This document shows positions 8,702 through 18,086 of a DNA stretch of 32,000 bases, piece after piece. The first letter of the stretch is position 1. Every line of letters begins with the position of its first letter. The stretch comes from Nitrososphaerota archaeon. GTDB taxonomy: Archaea; Thermoproteota; Nitrososphaeria; Nitrososphaerales; UBA57. The DNA lies in assembly GCA_002713205.1 (NCBI GenBank), contig PAVW01000006.1:1-32000 (forward strand), given 5' to 3'. The notes beneath the pieces were generated by a model. That model did not search any database. It saw nothing but the letters and a program-made list of their open reading frames with translations, and was not told the DNA's origin. The translations under genes were made by a program, and so were the position numbers.

Positions 8702-9007
8702 TTACTTTTTTGTAGCGTCTAAACTAACAACAGGGTTTTCTCCAATAACTTCAGCAGTATGAACAGTATTAGCAGGAACCAATAACATATCACCAGGACC
8801 TAAAATGAATTTCTTGCCCATAGCAGTCATTCTAAATTGACCAGATATCACAGTATCTATTTTATCGATAGAATGCGAATGTTCAGGAAAATATGTCCCA
8901 GGTAAATAAGTATAAACAACAACCAAAAAGCCTTCATTCTCCAATTTTTTTTTCATGTTTTGTTCATTAAGAACGCCCCAATTTTCATTCCAATGCTCTA
9001 CTTCCAT
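8702..9007 (-). CDS. cupin domain protein
   Basis: 101-aa ORF with cupin motifs: PEHSHSIDKIDTVISG and GPGDMLLVPANTVHTAE. Confidence 0.7.
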   Translation of the reverse strand: MEVEHWNENWGVLNEQNMKKKLENEGFLVVVYTYLPGTYFPEHSHSIDKIDTVISGQFRMTAMGKKFILGPGDMLLVPANTVHTAEVIGENPVVSLDATKK

Positions 9008-9042
9008 AATTAACTAAAGAATGAAATCATTAAAAAATTGTA

Positions 9043-9768
9043 CTATACATATTTCATATTATTTGCAAATATCATATCTATAACTTCGCATACACCTAGA
9101 CCATTATCTTTTGTACAAATAAAATCAGCATGTTGTTTTAATTTATCTGTAGCATTGCGAACTGCAACAGAAAAACCAACCAATTCAAAAACGGATAAAT
9201 CATTGAGAGAGTCACCAATTGCTACTACTGAATCAGGATTAATTTTCTCATCGTTTAAAAATTTTCTCAGTGTGGATCCTTTATTAATTCCTGGAGGCAT
9301 AATATTTATCATTTCATCAGACCGAGTTATATTCAAATTAAGATTTTTTTCTATTAATATAGACCTAACTTCTTCAACAAAATCATCGAGATTACCTCTT
9401 GGATTTCTATCCAAAGCAAGAATAATTTGTTTATCATGATGAGCCTCTTTCGGTATACGACATATTGGTAGCCATTCGGATAAATTTTGTTTTAGAATAT
9501 TAATATCAGATAAATCACCAAATACTTGTTTGGTATGTGTTTGACAATCATACAAAATAGCACCTTCTTCACAAATAATAACATCTTTTATTCCCAAACT
9601 TCGAGTGATACCTAAAACATAATGTAATGTACGACCAGTAGATATTATTATTCGGACACCAGTTTGGGAGAGTTTTCGAATATTACGAATTTCTTCAATC
9701 GATAAATATCCATTGTCAAAAACAGTTCCATCTAAATCCAATACAAGGATCTTGACATATTGTTGCAC
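9043..9768 (-). CDS. HAD-superfamily hydrolase, Cof-type (subfamily IIB) sugar-phosphate phosphatase-like
   Basis: 241-aa ORF with LVLDLDGTV (motif I), ISTGR (motif II) and GDSLNDLSVF (motif IV). Confidence 0.8.
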   Translation of the reverse strand: MQQYVKILVLDLDGTVFDNGYLSIEEIRNIRKLSQTGVRIIISTGRTLHYVLGITRSLGIKDVIICEEGAILYDCQTHTKQVFGDLSDINILKQNLSEWLPICRIPKEAHHDKQIILALDRNPRGNLDDFVEEVRSILIEKNLNLNITRSDEMINIMPPGINKGSTLRKFLNDEKINPDSVVAIGDSLNDLSVFELVGFSVAVRNATDKLKQHADFICTKDNGLGVCEVIDMIFANNMKYV

Positions 9769-9812
9769 AGATTAATTAATTGAGTTTATTATATAAAACT
9801 GGTCGAATTAGA

Positions 9813-9900
9813 TGCCGAGGGCCGGATTTGAACCGGCGACAGCTCGGTCTTCAGCCGAGTGTTAGAGTAAATTATCTCTCCCAGGCTGAGCTACCTCGGC
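9813..9900 (-). tRNA. tRNA-Phe (anticodon GAA) with a 14-nt intron inside the 3' strand of the D stem
   Basis: Reverse complement: gccgagg ta gctc agcctggga gag[ataatttactctaa]c a ctcgg ctgaaga ccgag ctgtc gccgg ttcaaat ccggc cctcggc a. Anticodon at + coordinates 9850-9852, insert at 9862-9875. Confidence 0.8.
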
Positions 9901-9975
9901 ATTATCAATTTGTTAATTTTCTTCAAACCGGATAATTCCAATTAAGTATTCTTAGTAATATAAAATTTTTGTAGA

Positions 9976-10068
9976 TGCGGTCGACGGGATTTGAACCCAT
10001 GTTACAGGCTTGGAGGGCCTATGTCCTAGACCAGATAGTCCCCTAATGAAGGACTGGACGACGACCGC
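9976..10068 (-). tRNA. tRNA-Gly (anticodon TCC) with an 18-nt intron in the D loop; position 33 is C
   Basis: Reverse complement: gcggtcg tc gtcc ag[tccttcattaggggacta]tctggtcta ggac a taggc cctccaa gcctg taac atggg ttcaaat cccgt cgaccgc a. Anticodon at + 10012-10014, insert at 10036-10053. Isotype is less certain because the loop has C33. Confidence 0.65.
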
Positions 10069-10103
10069 ATTAATTAAATTGAGTCAACCATAGCTAAAAA
10101 ATA

Positions 10104-10793
10104 TTATCCGTAATCAGATAGAATTATTTTTTCAAGTTCATAGACGATCCGAGAGCATACAAGGTGAGATTCTAATTTCCGTCGACTAATAGAATAAATA
10201 TAATCAGAATTTGCTTCAATATCTTTAGAAAAACTACCATGTGAAAAACCACCAATTACTATAACTGGCCGTAAATAGTCAGATAATTGCGCAATAATGT
10301 TGGGTATATTTTCAAATCTACCTTTCCGTGTGAGAGCCATAGTAAGATCGGGATTTATATCTTTAAGAAGTTCTTGAAAAGAACAAGCGCGTAATGATAA
10401 TAAAGTCGAATCGTCTTTAATTATTGTTTTAATAGAAAAGAGTTGTTCCATTAGAGAACTAAATCGTGAATATGATTTTGGCAATCGTACGCCAAAATTT
10501 ATATCAATAACAGAATTTGTAACTGTATGGACATAAACCTTCAATTTTTTTTCCAAATACAATGGTGAAGATGTAAGCGAAATTAAACTCAAGTGAACAA
10601 TATCAGGTCTTCCACGTTTTTCATTATCTGGTAAAAGTTTCATGCAAGGACTATGAAAACTTTTATCTAGAAGTATATTATCAGAATGTTTTTTATACAA
10701 AGTTCTATATTTACGAATAACAGGATGATTAGAAAGTTCTTTAGGAACAGGTTCAAGAGCTGAATCAGCTAGAATAATAGATAATCCTTCCAA
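10104..10793 (-). CDS. nep1: rRNA small-subunit pseudouridine methyltransferase Nep1/Emg1
   Basis: 229-aa ORF with GRPDIVHLSLISLTSSPL and overall SPOUT/Nep1 layout. Confidence 0.8.
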   Translation of the reverse strand: MEGLSIILADSALEPVPKELSNHPVIRKYRTLYKKHSDNILLDKSFHSPCMKLLPDNEKRGRPDIVHLSLISLTSSPLYLEKKLKVYVHTVTNSVIDINFGVRLPKSYSRFSSLMEQLFSIKTIIKDDSTLLSLRACSFQELLKDINPDLTMALTRKGRFENIPNIIAQLSDYLRPVIVIGGFSHGSFSKDIEANSDYIYSISRRKLESHLVCSRIVYELEKIILSDYG

Positions 10794-10840
10794 ATTAAAT
10801 AGTAAAAATTTTTATTTGTTAAATACATTACTAAGATTTT

Positions 10841-11155
10841 ATGAATGTAAAAATTAAAAAAAGAATCATAGCAAAAAAAAGAGCAGAAGAGCTCTTAGAA
10901 TATGCAATATATAATTCTAAAAATAATGTGCCTCTTTCTATTGTTCAAGCAAATATTATAAAGAACCTATGTACAAAATTCAACGTAAGATTAGATTTTT
11001 CAAATAGAATGTTATTCTGTCATAAATGTAAAAGATTCATAGTACCTGGTTTTAATTCTCGGATTCGACTTTCTAAAATAAGAAAGTCAATCAATATTAC
11101 GTGTTTATTTTGTGGATACAGTTATAGGAAAATGATAGTCAACAGTCAAACCTAA
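10841..11155 (+). CDS. rnp4: RNase P protein component 4 (Rpr2/Rpp21)
   Basis: 104-aa basic ORF. An N-terminal helical segment is followed by a zinc ribbon: CHKCKRF...18 aa...ITCLFCGY. Confidence 0.7.
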   Translation: MNVKIKKRIIAKKRAEELLEYAIYNSKNNVPLSIVQANIIKNLCTKFNVRLDFSNRMLFCHKCKRFIVPGFNSRIRLSKIRKSINITCLFCGYSYRKMIVNSQT

Positions 11156-11172
11156 ATATGATATAAATTATT

Positions 11173-11640
11173 TTGAAAGTGCATTTGACAAACGTAAACG
11201 AGGTTCCGCCAGAATTATTAATTGTGAATTTAGCAGAAAAATTAAAAGAAGAAGACTCTATTCAAGCACCTGAATGGTCATTTTATGTTAAAATGGGATC
11301 GCATTCTCATAGACCACCGCAAAATAAAGAATGGTGGTATGAACGTTGTGCGTCATTATTACGAAAGATATACATTCATGGTCCAGTAGGCCTTTCAGAC
11401 CTTGAAAGAATGTATGGAGGTAAAAAGCGTGTGAAATTTGCCAAACCACACCAAAGAAACGCAGGTCAATCAGCAATAAGAAAACCACTGCACCAACTTG
11501 AAAGTGCAGGTTATGTGGAAAAAAAAGCAACAAAAGGAAGAACCATTACAGGAAAAGGAATGAGTCTAATTGATAAAACAAGCGATATAATTTTAAAAGA
11601 CATAGCAAAAACTGACAATAGACTATCTAAATATATTTAA
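11173..11640 (+). CDS. rps19e: 30S ribosomal protein S19e
   Basis: 155-aa ORF with APEWSFYVKMGSHSHRPPQNKEWWYERCASLLRKIY and RKPLHQLESAGYVEK. Non-ATG start (TTG 11173 or GTG 11179). Confidence 0.9.
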   Translation: MKVHLTNVNEVPPELLIVNLAEKLKEEDSIQAPEWSFYVKMGSHSHRPPQNKEWWYERCASLLRKIYIHGPVGLSDLERMYGGKKRVKFAKPHQRNAGQSAIRKPLHQLESAGYVEKKATKGRTITGKGMSLIDKTSDIILKDIAKTDNRLSKYI

Positions 11641-11707
11641 ACGAATAGAAAGGAATTTCTAAACATTAATAAAAAAAATTTAATAGAGATATAGAAGTGA
11701 TGATTTA

Positions 11708-12337
11708 TTGTTAGCGATATTTGATACTGAAGGCGTATTAATAGATGGTGAATTTTTACCAGAATTGGCAAAAATCACTGGAAAAGAAAGAGAAATTCTA
11801 GATATTACAAATAAAGGAATAAATGGAGAAATAAAATGGGAAGAAGGTCTACTAGAACGAGTAAATAAGCTATTAGGAATATCTTATGAAGAATGCATAA
11901 AAACAGCTGACCAATTACCCATCATGAATGGTGCGAAAGAAACCTTCAACGCACTCCGAAAATTAGGATTTACAACATTAACAGTATCAGGAGGTCCAGA
12001 TATACTAGTAAATAGAGTTAAAAGTGAATTAAAAATTGATTATGCAATTTCAAATCAATTGATTTTTGTTGATGGAAAATTAAATGGAATTAAATTAAAA
12101 GTAGGTTCTAATAAAGTAAATGCAATCAAATCAATATTAAATGAGATAAATGAAAAAAAGGATAGCACAGTAGCAACAGTAGATGGAGCAAACGATATTG
12201 CATTATTTGAAATAGCAGGATTAAAGATATCTTTCAATGGGATAAAAATGATAAATGAAAAATCAGATTCGATTGTTTTAGAAAAGGATCTAAGAAAGAT
12301 AATTCCAATAATTAAAGAGAAATTCGAATTAGTATAG
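11708..12337 (+). CDS. HAD-superfamily hydrolase, phosphoserine phosphatase (SerB)-like
   Basis: 209-aa ORF with a SerB-like cap (GEFLPELAKITG) and DGANDIALF (motif IV). Motif I reads FDTEG, so it is D-x-E rather than D-x-D. TTG start; no in-frame ATG upstream. Confidence 0.65.
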   Translation: MLAIFDTEGVLIDGEFLPELAKITGKEREILDITNKGINGEIKWEEGLLERVNKLLGISYEECIKTADQLPIMNGAKETFNALRKLGFTTLTVSGGPDILVNRVKSELKIDYAISNQLIFVDGKLNGIKLKVGSNKVNAIKSILNEINEKKDSTVATVDGANDIALFEIAGLKISFNGIKMINEKSDSIVLEKDLRKIIPIIKEKFELV

Positions 12338-12343
12338 ACAATC

Positions 12344-15300
12344 TTATTGTTTAGCAGTTTCTACAATAGTGAGTGTATTATTACTGAGCCAATCAAGACC
12401 GTCAACAAAAACTTCAGCCAACTCAATGGTCGTGATTACAGGAATCCCTAGTTCAACTGCTTTTCTGCGTATAAGATATTCGTCTTCTATTATAGAATCA
12501 GCATTTTTGGAAGATTTAAGCATAGGAACGTTGATGATTAAATCGAATTCACGTTTAATTAAATAATCTTCTAAATTGGGCTTCCTTTCGTATTCTCCAA
12601 TTTTATAGAGTGCAATAGAATCAATATTATTAGAATCAAGAAAATCAGCAGTGTGTTCAGTAGCAAATATCTTAAAGCCAAGTTCAGAGAATTTTTTTAG
12701 TACGGGTAAGAGTTTTTGTTTTTTCTCAGTACCGCCAATACTTACAAGTATGCTACCGTTTTTACGTGGTATATTATAACCAGCAGAGATTAGTGATTTA
12801 AGAAAAGCATCGTAGAAGTTTTTACCAAAACATGCAACTTCACCAGTTGATTGCATTTCGACTCCAAGATTAGGATCAGCGCCATCTAACTGCATAAAAG
12901 AAAACTGAGGAACCTTTACGCCAACATATTGAATATTTCTATAATTAGGGAGATTTGAAGAAATCTTGCGGCCTAATAGTGCATTAGCAGATATTTGCAT
13001 AAGATTCACACCGCTATATTTCGACACAAATGGCATAGATCTAGAGGCTCTTAGGTTACATTCAATAACTGAAACGGATCCATCTTTAACAATAAATTGA
13101 GTATTAAATGGTCCTTTAATTTGAAGTTGCTTTGCAATTTTGTTTGTATAGTCAATAATAAGTGCTTCTTCACTAGGATCTAGAGTTCTTGGCGGAATAG
13201 TCATTATTGCATCTCCAGAATGTACACCAGCTTTTTCTATATGTTCAAGAATTGCACCAATAAATACATCATCGCCATCAGATACTGCATCTACTTCTAT
13301 TTCTCGGGCATCCTCAATGAATTTACTAACAACGACAGGATAATCAGTATTAACTTTTGCAGCGTTTTCAAGAAATGTTTTAAGATTATCATTAGTCCAG
13401 ATTACTCTCATTGCTGCACCACTAAGAACATAAGAAGGCCTTACGAGAAGAGGATATTTTTGTTCATTAGCAAATTTATATGCACTATCTAGAGAAGTGA
13501 ATGTTTGCCATGATGGTTGAGAGACGCCAATTTCATCTAATAATGCACTAAATTTCTCACGATTTTCTGCTCGATCAATATTAGAACTAGAAGTTCCAAA
13601 CAATTTAACATCATAATTTTGTAATTGATTAACAAGGTTATTTGCAATTTGTCCACCAACACATGTAACAAGACCATCTGGTTTTTCTTTATCATAAATA
13701 TCAAGAATTCTTTCAAGTGTAATTTCTTCGAAATATAAACTATCACTCATGTCATAATCAGTAGAAACAGTTTCAGGATTACAATTTACAACTATAATAT
13801 CATAGCCATGTTCCTTTAATGCCCACACCATATTCATTGTAGACCAATCGAATTCAACCGAGCTACCAATTCTATATGTGCCAGCACCTAGAACGATAAG
13901 TTTTTTCTTATTAGAAGGTTTAACGTCGTCAAGAGAACCATCATAGGTTATATACAGATAATTTGTTTGTGCAGGCCATTCAGCTGCAAGCGTATCAATT
14001 TGTTTAGTTCTGGGTAAAATATCATGATTTATTCGTATTTTGCGGACTTCAGATTCGTCTTTATTAAAATAAAGAGACAGTTGTTTGTCTGAAAATCCTT
14101 TTTTCTTTGCCTCAAGAATAAGTAATTTATCACTTGGATCGGGATTTTCCAATAGTTTACGTTCAACATTAACAACGTTATTGATTTTATCAACAAACCA
14201 TTTGTCTATAGTAGATATTCTTGATATTTCTTCAGGAGTAATATTTGAACGTAGAGATTCAACTATATGAAAAAGAATTTCATCAGTAAAGTGAACCAGA
14301 TTATCTTTAAGAGTTTCAGGATTAGAATCAGTATGGGAATCAGGTTGGCACAACCCTAATTTATCTATATCGACCATACGAATAGCTTTTTGAAGAGCCT
14401 CTTCGAAAGAACTTCCTATAGACATAATTTCTCCAACGGATTTCATTTGCGTACCGATTTTTCTTGACACATTTTCAAACTTTTTAAGGTCCCATCGAGG
14501 CATTTTAACCACAATATAATCAAGAGAGGGTTCAAAACAAGCAGTAGTTACACCAGTAACTTGATTGAAAAGTTCAGGAAGAGTTTTACCCAATATAACT
14601 TTGGCAGCTAGGTAAGCTAAAGGATATCCAGTTGCTTTTGATGCAAGTGCAGAAGAACGTGACAACCTTGCATTTATTTCAATTACATTATATTCTTCAG
14701 AATTAGGATCTAAAGAGAATTGGACATTACATTCGCCTATAATGTCACAAGCAGTTGCTGCTTTAATTGCTATTTCACGTAATTTATGATATTCACGATT
14801 AGTAATTGTTTGTGATGGAGCTACAACAATATTGTCACCTGTGTGGACTTTCATTCCAAGAACATTTTCCATATTACAAACAGTGACACAATTTCCATCA
14901 GAATCACGCATTATTTCGTATTCAATCTGTTTCCAATCTCCAAGATATTCTTCAATTAATACTTGGTTTGTCAAACTATTGGCAATTCCTTTGATAACAA
15001 TCTCGTCAAGTTCATATTCATTATGAGCTACTCCACCACCCTTACCACCTAATGTATAAGCTGCACGAATCATAACTGGATAACCAAGTTCTCGAACCAA
15101 TTCTTTGGCTTCTTCGAGAGAATAAACTGCTCGACTTTTCGGCGTATTAATACCTGATTCAGTCATCTTTTGTTTGAAAAGACCTCTATCTTCAGTAATC
15201 TCAATTCCGCGAATTTTAGTACCCAAGACTTTAACATTATATCTAGATAGGACACCTTGTTTGTCAAGTTGAATTCCACAGTTTAATGCAGTTTGGCCAC

Positions 15301-15565
15301 CAAAACTTAGTAAAATGGCGTCTGGACGTTCCTTAGCAATTACTTTAGTAACAAATTCTGGAATAACAGGAATAGAATATACATGAGGGCAGATACGTGA
15401 ATCAGTCTGAATTGTAGCAATATTTGGATTAACTAATACAGTTTCAATGCCTTCTTCCTTAAGGGCTTTGATACATTGACTTCCTGAATAATCAAATTCA
15501 CCTGCTTCGCCAATTTTTATTGCTCCACTACCAAGAACTAGTATTTTGTTAATTTCATTAGTCAA
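12344..15565 (-). CDS. carB: carbamoyl-phosphate synthase large subunit
   Basis: 1073-aa ORF with a duplicated ATP-grasp architecture and a C-terminal MGS-like domain. Typical N-terminus KILVLGSGAIKIGEAGEFDYSGSQ. Confidence 0.95.
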   Translation of the reverse strand: MTNEINKILVLGSGAIKIGEAGEFDYSGSQCIKALKEEGIETVLVNPNIATIQTDSRICPHVYSIPVIPEFVTKVIAKERPDAILLSFGGQTALNCGIQLDKQGVLSRYNVKVLGTKIRGIEITEDRGLFKQKMTESGINTPKSRAVYSLEEAKELVRELGYPVMIRAAYTLGGKGGGVAHNEYELDEIVIKGIANSLTNQVLIEEYLGDWKQIEYEIMRDSDGNCVTVCNMENVLGMKVHTGDNIVVAPSQTITNREYHKLREIAIKAATACDIIGECNVQFSLDPNSEEYNVIEINARLSRSSALASKATGYPLAYLAAKVILGKTLPELFNQVTGVTTACFEPSLDYIVVKMPRWDLKKFENVSRKIGTQMKSVGEIMSIGSSFEEALQKAIRMVDIDKLGLCQPDSHTDSNPETLKDNLVHFTDEILFHIVESLRSNITPEEISRISTIDKWFVDKINNVVNVERKLLENPDPSDKLLILEAKKKGFSDKQLSLYFNKDESEVRKIRINHDILPRTKQIDTLAAEWPAQTNYLYITYDGSLDDVKPSNKKKLIVLGAGTYRIGSSVEFDWSTMNMVWALKEHGYDIIVVNCNPETVSTDYDMSDSLYFEEITLERILDIYDKEKPDGLVTCVGGQIANNLVNQLQNYDVKLFGTSSSNIDRAENREKFSALLDEIGVSQPSWQTFTSLDSAYKFANEQKYPLLVRPSYVLSGAAMRVIWTNDNLKTFLENAAKVNTDYPVVVSKFIEDAREIEVDAVSDGDDVFIGAILEHIEKAGVHSGDAIMTIPPRTLDPSEEALIIDYTNKIAKQLQIKGPFNTQFIVKDGSVSVIECNLRASRSMPFVSKYSGVNLMQISANALLGRKISSNLPNYRNIQYVGVKVPQFSFMQLDGADPNLGVEMQSTGEVACFGKNFYDAFLKSLISAGYNIPRKNGSILVSIGGTEKKQKLLPVLKKFSELGFKIFATEHTADFLDSNNIDSIALYKIGEYERKPNLEDYLIKREFDLIINVPMLKSSKNADSIIEDEYLIRRKAVELGIPVITTIELAEVFVDGLDWLSNNTLTIVETAKQ

Positions 15566-16692
15566 GTTAAATCACCGCCAATCATATCAAAGAAAACATC
15601 AAAGACATAAGAAGTGTCATAAGGACCAGGGTGTGCTTCAGGATGAAATTGTACTGCAATGCAAGAATTGTTTTTATGTTTAACACCTTCCAAAGAATTA
15701 TCGTCAAGATTAACAAACCAAGGTTGTAAGTCTGTATTTGATAAAGAAGTTGAATCAACAGCATATCCATGATTTTGGCTGGTAACATAACTTCTTCCAC
15801 TAATTAAATCACAACAAGATTTATTTTGACCTCTATGTCCGTATTGTAATTTATAAGTTGATGCTCCAAGTGCCAGTGAGATTAATTGATGACCTAAACA
15901 TATTCCCAAAGTTGGAATGGAAGAGTTACAAATTCTATTGATGGTATCAAGATATTCAGTACAACGTTGTGGATCCCCTGGGCCATTACTAACAATTATT
16001 CCTTTAGGGTTGTATGCCATTATTTGTTCAAAGTTGTAATTATATGGAACCACTATAGCTGAATAGTTTCGTTTCAGTACATTCCTAATAATGCCGTTCT
16101 TTACACCAAAATCTAAGATTACTACATTATCTACATAATTACCATAGACTTTAGGTGATTTAGTACTAACATATTTAAAAAATTCAAATGTTTCATAAGA
16201 TTTAGCTTTACTAAGAATAGAATCAAGCGCTATATCATTTTGTTCATTACTAATAACACCCATCATAACGCCAGATTCTCTTATTTTGAGAGTGAGGCTT
16301 CTAGTATCAATATTACAAATTCCTGTTATTTCTTCTGATTTTAGCCATTCGTCAAATGTTCTTGTAGAACTCCAATGATTAGGAGATTCACAGAGTTCAT
16401 TTATAATAATACCATTAGGTTGAATTTTTGTGGATTCAAAATGAGTTGGAAGAGAAAATTCATCAAGGTCGGAATAATCAGGAACACCATAATTACCAAT
16501 TAATGGATAAGTAAACGACAATAATTGTCCGCCATAAGATGGATCAGTTAATGATTCAGTATACCCTACCATTCCAGTATTAAAGACTACTTCACCTACA
16601 ACAGTAGAAGGTTTGCCAAAACCTTGACCAAAGTATTTAGTGCCATCCTCTAATAGAAGTACTGCATCAGATTCTATAGAAGTATTCATCAA
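15562..16692 (-). CDS. carA: carbamoyl-phosphate synthase small (glutaminase) subunit
   Basis: 376-aa ORF with a class-I amidotransferase triad context (GICLGHQL, ...FHPE). Its stop overlaps the carB start by 4 nt. Confidence 0.95.
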   Translation of the reverse strand: MMNTSIESDAVLLLEDGTKYFGQGFGKPSTVVGEVVFNTGMVGYTESLTDPSYGGQLLSFTYPLIGNYGVPDYSDLDEFSLPTHFESTKIQPNGIIINELCESPNHWSSTRTFDEWLKSEEITGICNIDTRSLTLKIRESGVMMGVISNEQNDIALDSILSKAKSYETFEFFKYVSTKSPKVYGNYVDNVVILDFGVKNGIIRNVLKRNYSAIVVPYNYNFEQIMAYNPKGIIVSNGPGDPQRCTEYLDTINRICNSSIPTLGICLGHQLISLALGASTYKLQYGHRGQNKSCCDLISGRSYVTSQNHGYAVDSTSLSNTDLQPWFVNLDDNSLEGVKHKNNSCIAVQFHPEAHPGPYDTSYVFDVFFDMIGGDLT

Positions 16693-16722
16693 TAATTAAA
16701 TTCATATTGGCAATATAAGATT

Positions 16723-17967
16723 TTAATTTTTGGTGAGAGACAAACGTAAAAGAATAGGGCTAGAAATTGTGCTAACCATAATCACACCCATCAAAATTGT
16801 ATAGGCATAACTGTCAATCATCCCAACAGAATATCCAATTCCTGCAACGACTATTCCTACTTCACCCCGTGATGCCATTCCTATACCAATTCGTTGAGCT
16901 TTAATTTTATCACGTAAGAATACAAATGCAGGAATACCACAACCGATAAATTTACCTATCATAGCCAATACTAAAATTACTCCAAATGCAAAAAGATCCA
17001 TACTAAATATTTCTATAATATTTATTTGAGCTCCAACATATGCAAAAAATATTGGGGCAAAAATAATTCTAATATGATTAGTAAAGATTTCAATTTGATG
17101 CTTAAACTGTGAACCCGCAATGGCCATACCTGCAGCGAATGTTCCAACAATTGGTGATAATCCAATGTAATATGCAATTGCACCCCAAACTAGAATGATA
17201 AAAATTGTTAATGTTTCAAGTGTTGAAGGTACATTAGGAAATTTTTCGGTGGCGTCGGTTAATTTTAGATCTTGAGTGCGAGATGCAATGACATTTAGAA
17301 ATTTTGGTAACAAATAGACTGAACCCAATAAAAGACCTACCCATAATGAAAGAGTCAATACTGTAGTGGATACAATGCTAGCTAAACCAGGAATTGAACC
17401 AGTACTTCCAATTGCAAGTACAACACCAAGAACAGTAAGACCCAATACATCATCTACTACAGCAGCATATATCATAATTTCAGATTCGATATTCTTTAAT
17501 TGATCAAGTTCTTCAAGAGTTCTTATTGTAATGGCAATACTGGTAGCAGTTAAAGCAGTAGCAATAAGTATTGATTCAAGTGATTCGAAACCGACATATA
17601 GACTTCCATAATAACCCAATATAAACGGTATAACAACTCCTGCAGTTCCTATAACAAATGCAGGCAAGCCAGCTTTTCTAAATTGTTTAAATGTAAATTC
17701 TAATCCTGCGCTAAATAAAATAATCATACCTCCAATCTCAAAGAAAGTTTCAAGAACATAATTTTCGTTAATAGGACCACTAAAAATAGGTTCACCTGCT
17801 AATATAATCAGACCACCTATCGCAAATGGTCCAAAAATCATACCTGCAATAATTTCTCCAATTACTTCAGGAAGTTTTACGCGTTTAAAAATCAAAGCAA
17901 ATATTTTTGCAGTGACTATCAATAGACTTATTGCAAGAATTGTATGAATTGGATTAAAATCAGACAC
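16723..17967 (-). CDS. monovalent cation:proton antiporter, CPA2 (Kef/NapA-like)
   Basis: 414-aa ORF, polytopic. N-terminus KLPEVIGEIIAGMIFGP is typical of Na+/H+ exchanger family members. Confidence 0.8.
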   Translation of the reverse strand: MSDFNPIHTILAISLLIVTAKIFALIFKRVKLPEVIGEIIAGMIFGPFAIGGLIILAGEPIFSGPINENYVLETFFEIGGMIILFSAGLEFTFKQFRKAGLPAFVIGTAGVVIPFILGYYGSLYVGFESLESILIATALTATSIAITIRTLEELDQLKNIESEIMIYAAVVDDVLGLTVLGVVLAIGSTGSIPGLASIVSTTVLTLSLWVGLLLGSVYLLPKFLNVIASRTQDLKLTDATEKFPNVPSTLETLTIFIILVWGAIAYYIGLSPIVGTFAAGMAIAGSQFKHQIEIFTNHIRIIFAPIFFAYVGAQINIIEIFSMDLFAFGVILVLAMIGKFIGCGIPAFVFLRDKIKAQRIGIGMASRGEVGIVVAGIGYSVGMIDSYAYTILMGVIMVSTISSPILLRLSLTKN

Positions 17968-18086
17968 CGTATATCAAGTACAATTATAGAAACAGATGTA
18001 TATAATTTTAACAAGTCAATTTTATTATAGATATAAACACGATCTTTGTTCTTTATCGTTTGCGTTTGACTATCTTTAGATGGATA

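Noticed and set aside
9038-9439. 133-aa ORF on the + strand
   Set aside because: It is entirely antisense to the well-supported HAD hydrolase gene (9043-9768, -). The sequence is low-complexity and Ser/Ile/Phe-rich with no motifs.
8246-10068. tRNA-flanked segment as an integrated element or genomic island
   Set aside because: No integrase, no duplicated tRNA 3' fragment (att-like direct repeat) and no compositional shift were seen. The intervening genes are small membrane, cupin and HAD proteins.
11696-11735. Possible C/D-box sRNA (GTGATGA at 11696-11702 with CTGA about 30 nt downstream)
   Set aside because: The spacing and the absence of clear C' / D' boxes and terminal stem do not fit. 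It also overlaps the SerB-like start region. RUGAUGA-like strings are frequent by chance.
11288-15800. Antisense or alternate-frame ORFs: 11288-11533 within the S19e gene, 12055-12237 within the SerB-like gene, and 12369-12566, 13220-13492, 13537-13746, 14085-14270, 14832-15026, 15582-15800 within carB/carA
   Set aside because: They are embedded in highly conserved S19e, SerB-like and CarA/CarB coding sequence, with no independent signals.
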